This document shows positions 19,971 to 46,224 of a DNA stretch of 64,000 nucleotides, one piece after another. The notes under the pieces are model-generated. The model saw only the letters and a program-made list of their open reading frames with translations. It was not told the DNA's origin and ran no database searches. The position numbers and the translations under genes were made by a program. The stretch's first letter is position 1. Each line of letters starts with the position of its first letter. The stretch lies in NCBI RefSeq assembly GCF_009914755.1, contig NC_060931.1; one strand, 5' to 3'. The stretch is from the human T2T-CHM13v2.0 reference genome, Homo sapiens.

Positions 19971-20493
19971 TCTCCAGCCGGGCGCGGTGGCTCATGCCTG
20001 TAATCCCAGCACTTTGGAAGGCTGAGGTGGGCGGATCACGAGGTCAGAAGTTTGAGACCAGTCTGGCCAACATAGTGAAACCCTGTCTCTACTAGAAATA
20101 TGCAAAAAATTAGCTGGGTGTGGTGGTGTGTGCCTGTAATCCCAGCTACTCAGGAGGCTGAGGCAGGAAAATCACGTGAAACCGGGAGGCGGAGGTTGCA
20201 GTGAGCCGAGATCGTGCCCCTGCACTCCAGCCTGGGCGACAGAACGAGACTCCATCTCAAAACAAAAAAACAAAAAAAACTTATCTCCGTCTCTATTCCT
20301 TTATTCCTTATCTCCGTCTTTATTCCTTTATTTTTTATTTTTTTGAGACGGAGTTTCACTTTTGTTGCCCAGGCTGGAGTACAGTGGCGTGACCTCAGCT
20401 CACTGCATCCTCCACCTCCTGGCTCAAGCGATTCTCCTGCCTCAGCCTCCTGAGTAGCTGGAATTACAGGCGCCCACCACCACGCCCGGCTAA

Positions 20494-20685
<192 letters not shown>

Positions 20686-20782
20686 TGATAAATCTGAGAC
20701 ATATATTGATAAAGGACAATTATGTAAATATTATAAATATAGTTAATATTAATAGTTAATATAGGGAATATTTATATATTTA

Positions 20783-21079
<297 letters not shown>

Positions 21080-22420
21080 TCAAAAAAAAAAAAAAAGAAA
21101 GAAAGAAAAGAAAAATTTTGAACTGAACTTTCATAAGCAGGACTGTCCTTTTATCTGAGTTTGTGTCCTTTCTAGTTTTTTGGTTTTCAACATCTGATTT
21201 TTTTGTTTTTTCAAAGTCTGGCTTTTTCATCAAGGCTGGAGTGCAGTGGCACAGTCTCGGCTCACTACAACCTCCGCCTCCTGGGTTCTAAGTGATTCTC
21301 CTACCTCAGCCTCCCAAATAGCTAGGATTACAGGCACCCACCACAATGCCTGGCTAATTTTTGTATTTTTAGTAGAGACGGGGTTTCACTATATTGGCCC
21401 GGCTGGTCTCGAACTCCTGACCTCAGGTGATCCACCTCCTGACCTCAGGTGATCCACCTGCCTTGGCCTCTGTAAGTGCTGGAATTACAGGCGTGAGCCA
21501 TCCCACCTGGCTCAACGTCTGGTCTTTTACAAACTCATAATGACAATAGGATAGTAGGTTTTAAAATTTTTTTTACTTGTCAATATTTTAATAACCCTAT
21601 GTGAGTTTCTCAAATTTCTAAAACATTTTACTATTAGGGGATATCCAAAGGACACAAGCCTTGGTTTAGTATTTTGAAGATAAAAGGACAAACTGCAATG
21701 TGAACCGCAGCCACGGGGTGGCAATACTTACCCACCAATTCTGTCTCCTATGAAAGGCTAAAACATCCTAAACGTCTATTTGGCCAATAAAGAGCTGGAT
21801 TTGTAGCCACAACTGGGCTTTTCTATTTTGCTATCAAAACTTGGTTGGTTTTGTAGACTGCTTCTGTGCTAGAAAATACTTACTTTTCTGGCTTGGCGTG
21901 GTGGCTCACGCCTGTAATCCCAGCACTTTGGGAGGTCGAGGCAGGTAGATCACCTGAGGTCAGGAGTTCAAGACAAGCCTGGCCAACATGGTGAAATGCT
22001 ATCTCTACTAAAAATACAAAAAAAAATTAGCCGGTCGTGGTGGCAGGTGCCTTTAATCCTAGGTACACAGGAGGCTGAGGCATGAGAAATGCTTGAACCC
22101 AGGAGACAGAGGTTGCAGTGAGCCCAGATTGCGCCACTGCTCTCCAGCCTGGGCGACAGAGAGAGACTCTGGCTCAAAAACAAACAAACAAACAAACAAA
22201 CATGAAAAAAACTTGGCTGGTTTTGTAGACTGGTTCTATGCTAGAAAATACTTACATTTCTGTCCAAATTTTTGCTTGGAAAAGATGGTACTACTGTCAA
22301 ACTATCAGCTATCTCAGAGTATCCAAATGTCTGCTAACGTTAGCCAAGCTAATTTCTTCGCCACCTATGATGACATTTTCCTGTACACATTCTAATTATT
22401 TTGACGTTTGATGTAGCTGA

Positions 22421-22795
<375 letters not shown>

Positions 22796-22923
22796 TAACT
22801 TTAATTATACAATTAATGTATCATGCAGTTCCTTGTTAAAAAATAATAATAAATCGGCCGGGAGCAGTGGCTTATGTCTGTAATCCCAACACTCTGGGAG
22901 GCTGAGGCGGGCAGATCACCCTA

Positions 22924-23157
<234 letters not shown>

Positions 23158-24181
23158 TTAAAAATATTATATATGGGTATGGCTAAAGGCTCCTTTAACC
23201 ACAGTCTCACATATACATCTTGCCATATAAAAAACATTATTTTGGCCAGGTGTCATGGCTCACATCTGTAATCCCAACACTTTGGGAGGTCAAGGCCGGA
23301 GGATTGCTTGAGGCCAGGAGTTTGAAACCAACCTGGGCAATAGTGAAACTCTGTCCCTAAAAAATTTTTTTAAAAATCAGCCGAGTGTGATGGTGTGTGC
23401 CAGTAGCTACTTGGGAAGCCCAGGCAGGAGGATTGCTTGAGCCTAGGAGTTCAAGACCAGCTTGGGCAACATAGCAAGACTCCCATCTCAAAAAATAAAG
23501 TAAAATAAATAAAAAATTTTAAAAAATAATAATAAATAAACATGTTAATATACATATTCTAAGAGATGACCAAAAAATAAAAATAATTTTTAAAATGTTA
23601 ATAGATGTTTTCCATTTGTTTTTCATAAGTTGTGCTTCAATATTATGAGTGGGATTTGCTTTTACGTATCCCCCTGCTACACGACTTGGTTTTTTTTTTC
23701 CCAGACAAGGTCTCACTCTATCAACCAGGCTGGAGTACAGTGGTGCCATCGTAGCTCACTGCAGCCTCTGCAGATTCAATCTTGCCAGCTCTCGTGATAC
23801 TCCTACCTCAGCCTCCCAAGTAGCTAGGACTACAGGCACACCTCACCACACCTGGACATTTTTAAAATTTTTTGCAGAGACGGGGGTCTCTCTATGTTGC
23901 TCAGGCTGGACTCCAGCTCCTGGGCTCAAGCAATCCTCCTGCCTCAGCTTCCCCAAGTGCTGGGATTATAGGCATAAGCCACTGTGCCCCGCCCACGTTT
24001 TTTAAATGTTTGCCAATCTGCTACTTGAAACATATCTCATTTTTTATTTACTTTATATTTCTGTAATCTCTGGAAAAGTTGAACATCTTACAGTTTCACG
24101 TCTCCTCTACTGAGAATTGCAAATCTACTCATATCCTTGGTGACGTTTCTATTGGGTTGTCTCTTTTTTTTTTTTTTTTGA

Positions 24182-25216
<1,035 letters not shown>

Positions 25217-26565
25217 TAGAAAATTTTATCTTGATGTAGTCAGCGTTATTAATCCTATTCATTAGCGTTTTGGTTTTCTGTATCATGTTAACGAAGAATG
25301 TCTATTACCCAAGGTATAAAGATAATTTTTGTATTTTTTGTAGAGACAGGGTTTTGTCATGTTGTTCAGTCTGGTCTCAAACTCCTGGGCTCAAGCAATC
25401 CTCCCATCTTGCCCACCCAAAGTGTACAGGCCTGAGCCACTGTGGCTGACCTACTTTCATTTTTTATATTCAGGGTTTCATTTGTTTGTTTATTTTGAGA
25501 CAGAGTCTCGCTTTGTCACCCAGGCTAGAGCACAATGGCGCGATCTTGGCTCACTGCAACCTCCGACGCCTGGGTTCAAGTGATTCTCATGCCTTAGCCT
25601 CCCGAGTAGCTGGAACTACAGGCGCCCACCACCACACCCAGCTAATTTTTGTAGTTTTAGTAGAGAAGGGGTTTCACCATGTTGGCCAGGCTGGTCTCGA
25701 ACTCCTGACCTTGTGATCTGCCCGCCTCGGCTTCCCAAAGTGCTGGGATTACAGGCGTGAGCCACTGCACCCGGCTATATTCAGGTTTAGAGTTGACTTT
25801 TATGAATGGCATGATGCCAGGCAGCATACTTATTAATATTTTTTCCAAAGGCATGTCTGATTGTCCAAAATAATTTATTGGCTAGTAAGGGCTTTATCTG
25901 AAGATTCAAGATGCCATTTATAACATATGGTTAATTTCCAAAAATACATAGGTCAATTTTATGGAAACTATTTATTTCTACTGCTTTATTCTTATATTAA
26001 TGTGACGAGGTTTCAATGGCTGCAACTTTATAATATGTTCTGGTTTTTATTTAGTCAAATGTCTTCTTTGTTCTTGTCTATTCTTTTACAAAAATGCCTT
26101 TGCGATTCATAACATTTACTTTCATATAAATTTTAAAATCATCTTGACAAGCTACATTAAAAATCCCACTAGGATTTTGGTTGAAATTACATTAAATTCC
26201 CAGGCTCATTGCGATAAATTAACTAGGAGATATCTCATTTTACAATCTTCAGTCTTCCTGTTCAGAAATGTGGTATCTACTGGCCCAGCGTGGTGGCTCT
26301 GCCTGTAATCCCAGCACTTTGGGAGGCCGAGGTGGGTGGACAACTTGAGATCAGGAGTTCGAGACCAGCCTGGCCAACATGGTGAAACCCTGTTTCTACT
26401 AAAAATACAAAAAAATTAGCCAGGCGTGGTGGGGCGCACCTGTAATCACAGCCACTCGGCAGGCTGAGGCAGGAGAATCACTTGAACCCGGAAGGAGGAG
26501 ATTGCATGAGCCAAGATTGCGCCACTGCACTACAGCCTGGGTGACAGAGAGAGACTCTGACTCAA

Positions 26566-26597
<32 letters not shown>

Positions 26598-26846
26598 AAG
26601 AAACGTAACGTGGTACTACTCATGTTACGATTGGCTTCAGTCATCTACTTCAGTGGATTCAACTCTCTGCTTGTAGATAAATTACTTCCATTTCCTGAGA
26701 ACATAATCTGCCTATTTTTTAGGCCAGTGGTCTCCAAATTATTTTGATTACACATTCCTGGCCAGGCATGGTGGCTCACACTTGTAATCCCAGCACTTTG
26801 GGAGGCCAAGGCAGGTGGATACCTTGAACCCTGGAGTTTGAGGCTA

Positions 26847-27273
<427 letters not shown>

Positions 27274-27550
27274 TGAACTCCTGACCTTGTGATCCGCCTA
27301 CCTCGGCCTCCCAAAGTGTTAGGATTACAGGCGTGAACCACTGTGCCTGGCCAAATTGATTCTTATGAGTAAAATTTGTGAGCATGAAAAAATACATATA
27401 AATTATTTACATATACTATTATACTAATATATACTTTATAAAATATACAAAGGAATATTTTAAATAAGATAAAGATTAAATAAATAATAGTTTTATTTTT
27501 TCTTTTAAAAGTATTTTTATTTTAAATGTTTATAGGAAACAACAGTTTTA

Positions 27551-27889
<339 letters not shown>

Positions 27890-28089
27890 TCAGAAAAAAA
27901 GAAAAGAAAAGAAAACAATAGTTATAAAGCAAATATTTTCTTGTGGTTTTTAATCCATTTGCTCTCATTAAAAACAGTAGTGGTGGCCAGGTGCAGTGGC
28001 TCACACCTGTAATCTCAGCACTTTGGGAGGCTGAGGTGAGTGGATCTCTCGAGCCCAGGAGTTCGAGACCAGTTGGGGAAAAAAACCAA

Positions 28090-33898
<5,809 letters not shown>

Positions 33899-34652
33899 TT
33901 ATGCCCTGTTAGGTGGGTATTAGGCAGTGTGCAATCTAAGGCTAATTTTCCCCTCTAATGAGGCAAGACCTTGCTTAGTCCTCTACCCAATGACCTGTGA
34001 ATTCTGAACAGGCATTGTTCTTGGCCCTGTCTGAGTGTCAAGCACTATTCCAATGCATTCAGATGGTTCTTTCCCTAGAAGCAAGTGATTATGTCACACG
34101 TGTATGCTGATGTACTCTGCTACATACTCCAGGGGTTCCTCTGCAGATCTCCGGGGTTCTCTCTCTGTGCAAAACTCTCTCTCTGGTACCCTTCCTTATA
34201 AGCTGCAGTTACCTTGTTCTTTCTGGACTTAGCTCTGTTACAACCAAGGAAGTCAGCTGGTCTCTTGTCTTAGTTCTCCTTCCCTGTGTGATGACCTGAT
34301 AAACTCTCAAGTCTGTAAGCTAAGCAATTGCAGGGCTCACCTCACGTTTACCATCTCTCGAACACTATCTTTTGTCACCTGATGTCTAGTGTCTTGAAAA
34401 AAACATTGTTTCATGCATTTTTTTGTTTATTGTTGCAGCTGGGAGGGTATATCTGGTCTTTGTCACTTCGTCGTGGACAGAAGCGTAAATTAGGACCTTT
34501 ACTCTGAAATGGACATTTTTGAGAAGAGTGAAATGAGTTACACTTTACAAGATTCTTTTTGTTGCTGTGTTAAGAATGGAAGAGGGTTAAGGGCAGAATT
34601 AGGGAGACAAATTAGGAGTCTACAGCAAGAGACAGTGTTGGCTTGGTAGTAG

Positions 34653-34984
<332 letters not shown>

Positions 34985-35116
34985 TAGTAGAGACGGGGTT
35001 TCACCGTGTTGCCCAGGCTGGTCTCGAACTCCTTAGCTCAGGCAATCCGACCGCCTTGGCCTCCCAAAGTTCTAGGAATATAGGCGTGAGCCACCGCACC
35101 CAGCCTCTACAAATAA

Positions 35117-35350
<234 letters not shown>

Positions 35351-35388
35351 TGATCTGCCCACCTTGGCCTCTCAAAGTGCTGGGATTA

Positions 35389-35640
<252 letters not shown>

Positions 35641-35980
35641 TTAGAGCTGCCGGAGGAATCTGAAGGAATGGTGTGGAGCGTGGGAGGAATAAGATGCTTC
35701 CAAGGCTTCTGGCTTGAGTAAGTGGAGGAATGGAGTTTCATTCATTGAGCTGGAGAAGACTGCAGGAGAAGTGTGGGGAGCGTGAGACATGTTCTTCTTG
35801 GGATGCCTATTCATTCTCCAAGATAAAAATTTTTTTTCTTAAGTCGCTGTACAAGTGGAGATTTCAAAGCAGGCAGTTGGCTATATAGATGTGGAGTTTA
35901 GGGGAATGGTCTGGGCTGGAGATGAATATTTGGGAGTCATAACCATATGAAAATGTAACCTGGCCGGCCGCGGTGGCTCA

Positions 35981-37300
<1,320 letters not shown>

Positions 37301-37349
37301 GCTCGCAAGGCTGTATTCTCCATCCCTCAAGCCCAAGCTTTCTTGTTTC

Positions 37350-37825
37350 TTAATAACAGCTTCGTTGAGATCCATTGTAAAATTCACGTTTTAAGAGTGA
37401 ATAATTCAGTGCACAGAGCTGTGCAACCTTTGCCACTAATTGCAGAACGCTTTCAGCACCCGAGGAGAAGAAACCCCAACCCCATTAGGCCGTCATTCCC
37501 CGGTCCCCACCCCGTCCCTATCCCCAGCCCCTGGCAATCACTTTTGTCTCCGTGGATTTGCCTATTCTGGACATTTCGTGTGGATAGAATCATCCCAAGA
37601 AGTTTTTTGTGTGTCTGGCTTCTTTCCTTCTTTATGGCTGAATAAAAATCCATGATATGAATACACAGCATTTTGATTTTCCATCCATTGATGGCTATTT
37701 GGGTAATTTCCACCTTTTGGCTGTTATGAATAATACTGCTATGAACATTGGTGTACACGTTTTTGTGCGGACATTTGTTTTCAATTCTCATAGGTGTATA
37801 CCAAGGACTGGAATTGATGGGCCAA
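37350..37825 (-). mobile_element. L1MB-like 3' end
   Basis: TTTCCACCTTTTGGCTGTTATGAATAATACTGCTATGAACATT... antisense L1 3' end. Confidence 0.7.
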
Positions 37826-38491
37826 GCTTTGTGTTTTAAGGAAAAAAAAATCATGTTTTAGTTTCGTGCTGGTAATTTGAAGTAAGCAGATGTCTAGATA
37901 TAAGCTTGGAAACTGGCCAGTTGGAGATTGCTCACGGCTGCAATTGAAGACTCCAGCAGCCTCTTCTCCTCTTTGCTTCCATTTGGAGAGGAAGGCGTCA
38001 TAGGCTGTGTGACTTCCGTGGACGCGGGGCTTGGCACCGGCTTGCAGTTGGGATCAATCTTCAGTGGCGGTTTGGAGTGGGTCACGGTTCTTCCTGCTTG
38101 CCTTCCAGTTTAGTCCCTGACGTCTGCTCCCCAGGGCCCTGGCTCTTCCCCCACGCCTTCAGCCTGCACAGTCCCTTCTCTCATTCTCAGGCTGCAGAAC
38201 CTGGAAGTACAGTTGTCCCCCCTTACCCGCTGTTTCAGTTACCTGAGGTCAACCGTGGTCTGAAAATACTACATGGAAAATTCCGGAAATAAACAATTCG
38301 TAAGTTTTAAATTGCACGCTGTGATGAAATCTCGCGCTGTGCAGCCTGGGCAGTGAATCGTCCCCTTTGTTCAGCGTCCCCACGCTGTGGACGCTCCACA
38401 CCCATAGTCACTTAGTAGCTGGCTCGGTTATCAGATCGACCGTCACAGTGTCCCAGTGTATGTGTTCAAGTCACCCTTATTTTCCGTCATA

Positions 38492-38972
38492 ATGGCCCCA
38501 AAGCACAAGAGTAGTGATGCTGGGAATTTGGATAGGCCAAAGAGAAGCCGTAAAGTGCTTCCTCTAAGTGAAAAGGTGAAAGTTCTCGACTTAATCAGGA
38601 AAGACAAAAAATCCTATGCTGAGGTTGCTAAGATCTACGGGAAGAATGAATCTTCCATCCGTGAAATTGTGAAGAAGGAAAAAGAAATTCGTGCTAGTTT
38701 TGCTGTCTCACCTCCAACTGCTAAAGTGACGGCCACAGTGCGTGATAAGTGCTTAGTTAAGATGGAACAGGCACTGCATTTGTGGGTGGAAGAGATGAAC
38801 AGAAAACGTGTTCCCATTGACAGCAACATGTTGCGCCAGAAAGCTTTGAGCCTATACCAAGACTTCTGCAAGGGATGCTCTGAAACTGACACCAAGCCAT
38901 TTACTGCGAGTAAGGGATGGTTACACAGATTCAGGCATAGATTCTCACATCATTACAAGAAGAAGAAGAAGG
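38492..38972 (+). CDS. Putative alternative coding exon: Tigger-derived CENP-B-like DNA-binding domain (HTH_psq plus Tc5-type HTH), in frame with GTF2IRD2B exon 2
   Basis: 160 open codons MAPKHKSSDAGNLDRPKRSRKVLPLSEKVKVLDLI...FTASKGWLHRFRHRF...KKKKK; Kozak ATAATGG; phase-1 donor G|GTAAGT at 38972/38973; candidate acceptor CCCTTCTCTCATTCTCAG|G at 38190/38191. Confidence 0.65.
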
Positions 38973-39121
38973 GTAAGTACGTTACAACAAGTTATACTGA
39001 GAGAGAGAGAGATCACATTCACATAACATTACAGTACTTGATATTCTATTTTATTATTGTTGTTGTTAATTTCTTACTGTGCCTAATTTATAAATTAAAA
39101 TTCATCGTAGGTATGTATGTA

Positions 39122-39235
39122 CAGGTTAAACATCTCTAATCCAAAAATCCAAAATTTGAACCGTTCCAAAATCCAAAACTTATTGAATGCCGCTGACCTG
39201 ATGCAAGTTGAAAATTCCATACCTGTCACCTTTGC
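39122..39235 (+). mobile_element. Tigger4/MER46(Zombi)-like terminal fragment nested in the Tigger7
   Basis: TA|CAGGTTAAACATCTCTAATCCAAAAATCCAAAAT...CCAAAATCCAAAAC resembles the Tigger4 terminus. Confidence 0.65.
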
Positions 39236-39754
39236 CTTTATTTTTTTTTTAAGACAGTCTCGCCCTGTCGCCCAGGCTGGAGTGCAGTGTTGCGATCTCG
39301 GCTCACTGTAAGCTCCATCTCCCGGATTCAAGCCATGCTTCTGCCTCAGCCTGCAGAGTAGCTGGGATGACAGGCGTGTACCACCACGCCCGGCTAATTT
39401 TTACGTTTTTAGTAGAGACGGGGTTTCACCATGTTGGCCAGGCTGGTCTCGAAATCTTGACGTCAGTTGATTCACCCATCTCAGCCTCCCAAAGTGCTGT
39501 GATTACAGGCATGAGTCACCACGCCCGGCAGGCCTTCTTTGTTTTTCTCTTGAGACAGAGTCCTACCCAGGGCCTCGCCCTGTTGAAATGGTGGGATCAC
39601 AGCTCACTGCAGCCTTGACCTCCTGGGCTCAAGCAATCCTCCCATCTCAGCCTCCTGAGTAGCTGGGACCACAGGCATACACCCCCACACCTGGCTAATT
39701 TTTAATTTTTTTGTAGAGGTGAAGTCCCATTATGTTGCCAGGCTGGTCCCACTA

Positions 39755-39997
<243 letters not shown>

Positions 39998-40243
39998 CTA
40001 TCTGCAGTTCCAGGCATCCGCTGAGGGTCTTGGAATGAGTCTGCTGAAGATAAGGGGGAGAATCCTGGCCCTTCATTTCTCTTGTCCTCCCAGTGGATTC
40101 ATCTGCGTTCCTACATGCCCTGAGGCCATTTCATGGGTGTCTGGCTCCTTTTACTGTATTGCTTGTGATTCCCCTCCACTCCTTGCCATCAGTATACGTT
40201 TTTTTTGGGGGGGAAGGATACAGAGTCTTGCTCTGTCACCTAG

Positions 40244-40381
<138 letters not shown>

Positions 40382-40384
40382 TGA

Positions 40385-41088
<704 letters not shown>

Positions 41089-41542
41089 CTATCTCAAAAG
41101 AAAAAAAGCAAAACAAAACAGAAAACAAGTCCCAGGTCTGGGCACAGTGTCTCATTCCTATAATTCCAGTATTTTGAGAGACTGAGGCAGGAGAATCGCT
41201 TGAGCCTAGGAGTTCAAGATCAGCCTGGGCAACATAGTGAAACTTTGTCTCTACAAAAAAAAAAAAAAAAAAAAAAGTCAAAATTAGCCAGGCGCATGGT
41301 AAGCTGTGATGATACCACTGCACTTCAATCTGGAGGACAGAGCAGACTCTGTCTCAAAACCAAACCAAAACAAAAAAACTAAGCCCTTTAAAACCTGAAA
41401 AATTAATCTTTGGAAGGGAAAATCTAGAAACAGTTTTTAAAAATAAACCAGTCCTCTATTTCAAGATTTCAGAGTTTTCATAAAGGAAGTGGATGACATT
41501 CCAAATGATGAAAGGTTGTAAGGGATAGATACAGATTCTAGA

Positions 41543-41745
41543 TCAGTGATGGGCAAACTTTGTTTGTAAGGATAGTAAATATTTTTGGCTTTGGGAACAT
41601 GGGGTCTTTGTCACATGCATGCAAACCTTCCTTTGCAGGAAAGCAGCTGTAGACAAGATGTCAACAAGTGAATGTGACTGTGTTCTGACAAAGCTTAATT
41701 TACAAAACTAGGCTGCGGTCTGGATTTGACCTGTAGGCTGGAGAT
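41543..41745. mobile_element. MER58A-like hAT-Charlie MITE
   Basis: GGCAAACTTT...GTAAGG.ATAGTAAATATTTTTGGCTTTG...GCAGCTGTAGACAA...TTTACAAAA...GGATTTGACC. Confidence 0.7.
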
Positions 41746-43163
41746 TGTTCTAGGTATTTGCTTTTCGTTAGTAAAATATTACACTAGAAGGACAGAAACG
41801 CCTCCAGCATTGCTGGGAAGACAAAATGAGATTTGGAAGTTTTTGGAGTTTACATCTACAGTTTTAAAAGAGCAAAAAGGGCCAGGCACGGTGGCTCATG
41901 CCTGTAATCCCAGCACTTTGGGAGGCTGAGCGGGGCGGATCACCTTAGGTCAGGAGTTCGAGACCAGCCTGGCCAACATGGTGAAACCCAGTCTCTACTA
42001 AAAATACAAAAATTAGCCAGATGTGGTGGCACGCACCTGTAATTTCAACTACTCGGGAGGCAGAGTTTGCAGTGAGCTGAGATTGCACCACTGCGCTCCA
42101 GCCTGAGCCACAGAGCAAGACTCCATCTCAAAATAAAAGAGTAAAAAGTTAAGTACTATGTAAAAATCTGTGATCTCAGTAAATGGTGCTGGCACTTCAG
42201 ATGTGAGTAAAAAAAGGGTTAATAACTATATCGGCTTTGGGAGATTTTATTCTGTGGTACAAGTTCTTATGGTGAAGGATTTTTGAGCTTTATTAGAGTG
42301 CAGTGAAATTTTCTCAGGAAAATGTACTTGGGACAGGAAACACAGTGTTGGCTTATAGTCATGTTTCATTATTTTCAATTTTCTATTAATGCATGCTGTG
42401 TTCCAAATCATAAAATATAAAAGACAACATTCCTGCCTCCATTTGTTGTTATGTACAAAATGCAAAGAAAGCACAATAATTATGAGACACTCAGCCCAGC
42501 GCGGTGGCTCACACCTGTAATCCCAGCACTTTGGGAGGATGAGGCAGGCAGATCACTTAAGCCCAGGAGTTTGAGACCAGCCTGGGCAACATGGCGAAAC
42601 CCCCTCTCTACAAAAAATACAAAAATTAGCTGAACATGGTGGCGCATGCCTGGTATTCCAGCTACTCAGGAGGCTGAGGTGGGAAGATCATCCGAGCCCA
42701 GGGAGGCAGAGGCTGCAGTGAGCTGTGATTGCACCACTGCATTCCAGCCTGGGTGACGGAGTGAGACCCTGCCTCAAAAAAATGATAATAATTATTATGA
42801 AACACTTGTTTTTTAAATGATTACTGGTAGCATAGTTGACGCCAACTGATAGTATCTTTTTTTGAATTCCACGTGGTATCATCCTGCCTATTATTTTATT
42901 CTTCGGTTTTTTCAATTTTTTTATTTCTATTTTTGTTTGTGTTTTTATTTTTATTTTCTTTTTTGTAAAAAAGCAGACTTTTGACATCAGAGCTTGTTTA
43001 GGGATTATTGTGGTATAATATTCTGGGGATGACAGAACTGTTTTATACCTTAATTTTACCTATGTAACTTTATATATGTCAGAATTCACAGGGGCCAGGC
43101 AGGTGACTGACACCTGTAATCCCAACACTTTGGGAGGCCAAGGTGGCAGATCACCTGAGGTCA

Positions 43164-43466
<303 letters not shown>

Positions 43467-43677
43467 TCAAGAGATCGAGACCAGCCTGGCCAACATGGCA
43501 AAATCCCATCTCTACTAAAAATACAAAAATTAGTTGGGCGTGGTGGCGGGCGCCTGTAGTCCCAACTACTCAGGAGGCTGAGGCAGGATAGTCGCTTGAC
43601 CAGGGAGGTGGAGATTGTAGTGAGCTGAGATCACGCCATTGCACTCCAGCCTGGGCAACAGAGCGAGACTCCGTCTC

Positions 43678-43681
43678 AAAA

Positions 43682-43724
<43 letters not shown>

Positions 43725-43725
43725 A
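43678..43725 (+). repeat. (TAAA)n Alu-tail microsatellite
   Basis: About 11 TAAA units. Confidence 0.9.
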
Positions 43726-44034
43726 ACATAATCCTCATCTAGTCTAGTTTACATCAGGTAAAAGAATTTTCGGCCAGGCGTGGTAGATCATGCCTGTAAA
43801 CCCAGCACTTTGGGAGGCTGAGGCAGGTGGATCACCTGAGGTCAGGGGTTCAAGACCAGCCTGACCAATATGGGGAAACCTCGTCTCTACTAAAAGTACA
43901 AAAATTCGCTGGGCATGCCAGGAGTGGTGGCTCACGCCTGTAATCCCAGCACTTTGGGTGACCAAGGCGGGTGGATCACAAGGTCAGGATATTAAGACCA
44001 TCCTGGCTAACACGGTGAAACCCTGTCTCTACTA

Positions 44035-44223
<189 letters not shown>

Positions 44224-44886
44224 TTAAAACGTTTTTTTTTTATTTCACAGGAAATGGATTGCATGATTGTTTTGACCATTTTTCTTCATGCTAAATAAAG
44301 TATGCAGACTTAAGCATTGAGTTAAGAGATCGGTGTTTTGATTGCCTTTTGGTCGGCGTCAGGGAGAGACCTCTCTGAGTTTGGAGGTTGTTTTAAGGAC
44401 GCGGGGTGCCATGATTCTAGTAATTTTGTGTGTGCATTTCACACACAACAACCCATACATAAATATCTTATAATTCATCTTCCAGGCACTTGAGAATGAA
44501 GGGAGCATTGTTAATAATTTCACTGGCAGGGTGGGTGTGGACTAGGACTGTCCCACCTGGGACATGTGGGTCACCCATCTTATTTTCCCCTCATGGGGCC
44601 TTTCTTCTGTTTGCCTTTCTGCTCCTCCACTGCGGTTGCAGCCTCTGCCATTCCTTAAACCATCTGCACACCCACCAGCAGGCTCCCATGCTCTCTGTGT
44701 CCTTTCACGGAAAATAATATTTCCCTTGGAGGGTGTGTAGGTTTTAAATTGGGTGATCGTAAAAGCATCGGCGCATAGAGTGTAGTTCAGTACATGTTAA
44801 TTTTCTTTTTTTCCATCCAACCTCTCTTTGATTTTATTTGATTTTTAAAAATCTCTTTAGCTGGGCGCGGTGGCTCACGCCTGTCA

Positions 44887-45195
<309 letters not shown>

Positions 45196-45207
45196 TTATA
45201 CAGTTCA

Positions 45208-45357
<150 letters not shown>

Positions 45358-45446
45358 TTAGCTGAGTGTCGTGGCACATGCCTGTCATCTTAGCTACTCT
45401 GGAGGCTGAGGCAGGAGCATTGCTTGAGCCCAGGAGGTCAAGGCTA

Positions 45447-45686
<240 letters not shown>

Positions 45687-45721
45687 TTAGCTGGGCATGG
45701 TGGTGCACGCCTGTAATCCTA

Positions 45722-46224
<503 letters not shown>

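Noticed and set aside
21720-21740. ATACTTACC resembling the U1 snRNA 5' end
   Set aside because: Only 9 nt match, with no following U1 sequence; equally a minus-strand donor-like motif with no supported exon
38973-39139. Hydrophobic C-terminal tail of the 227-aa ORF (LIFYFIIVVVNFLLCLI) as a transmembrane segment
   Set aside because: Read-through into the AT-rich non-coding transposon arm past the splice donor; relevant only if the intron is retained
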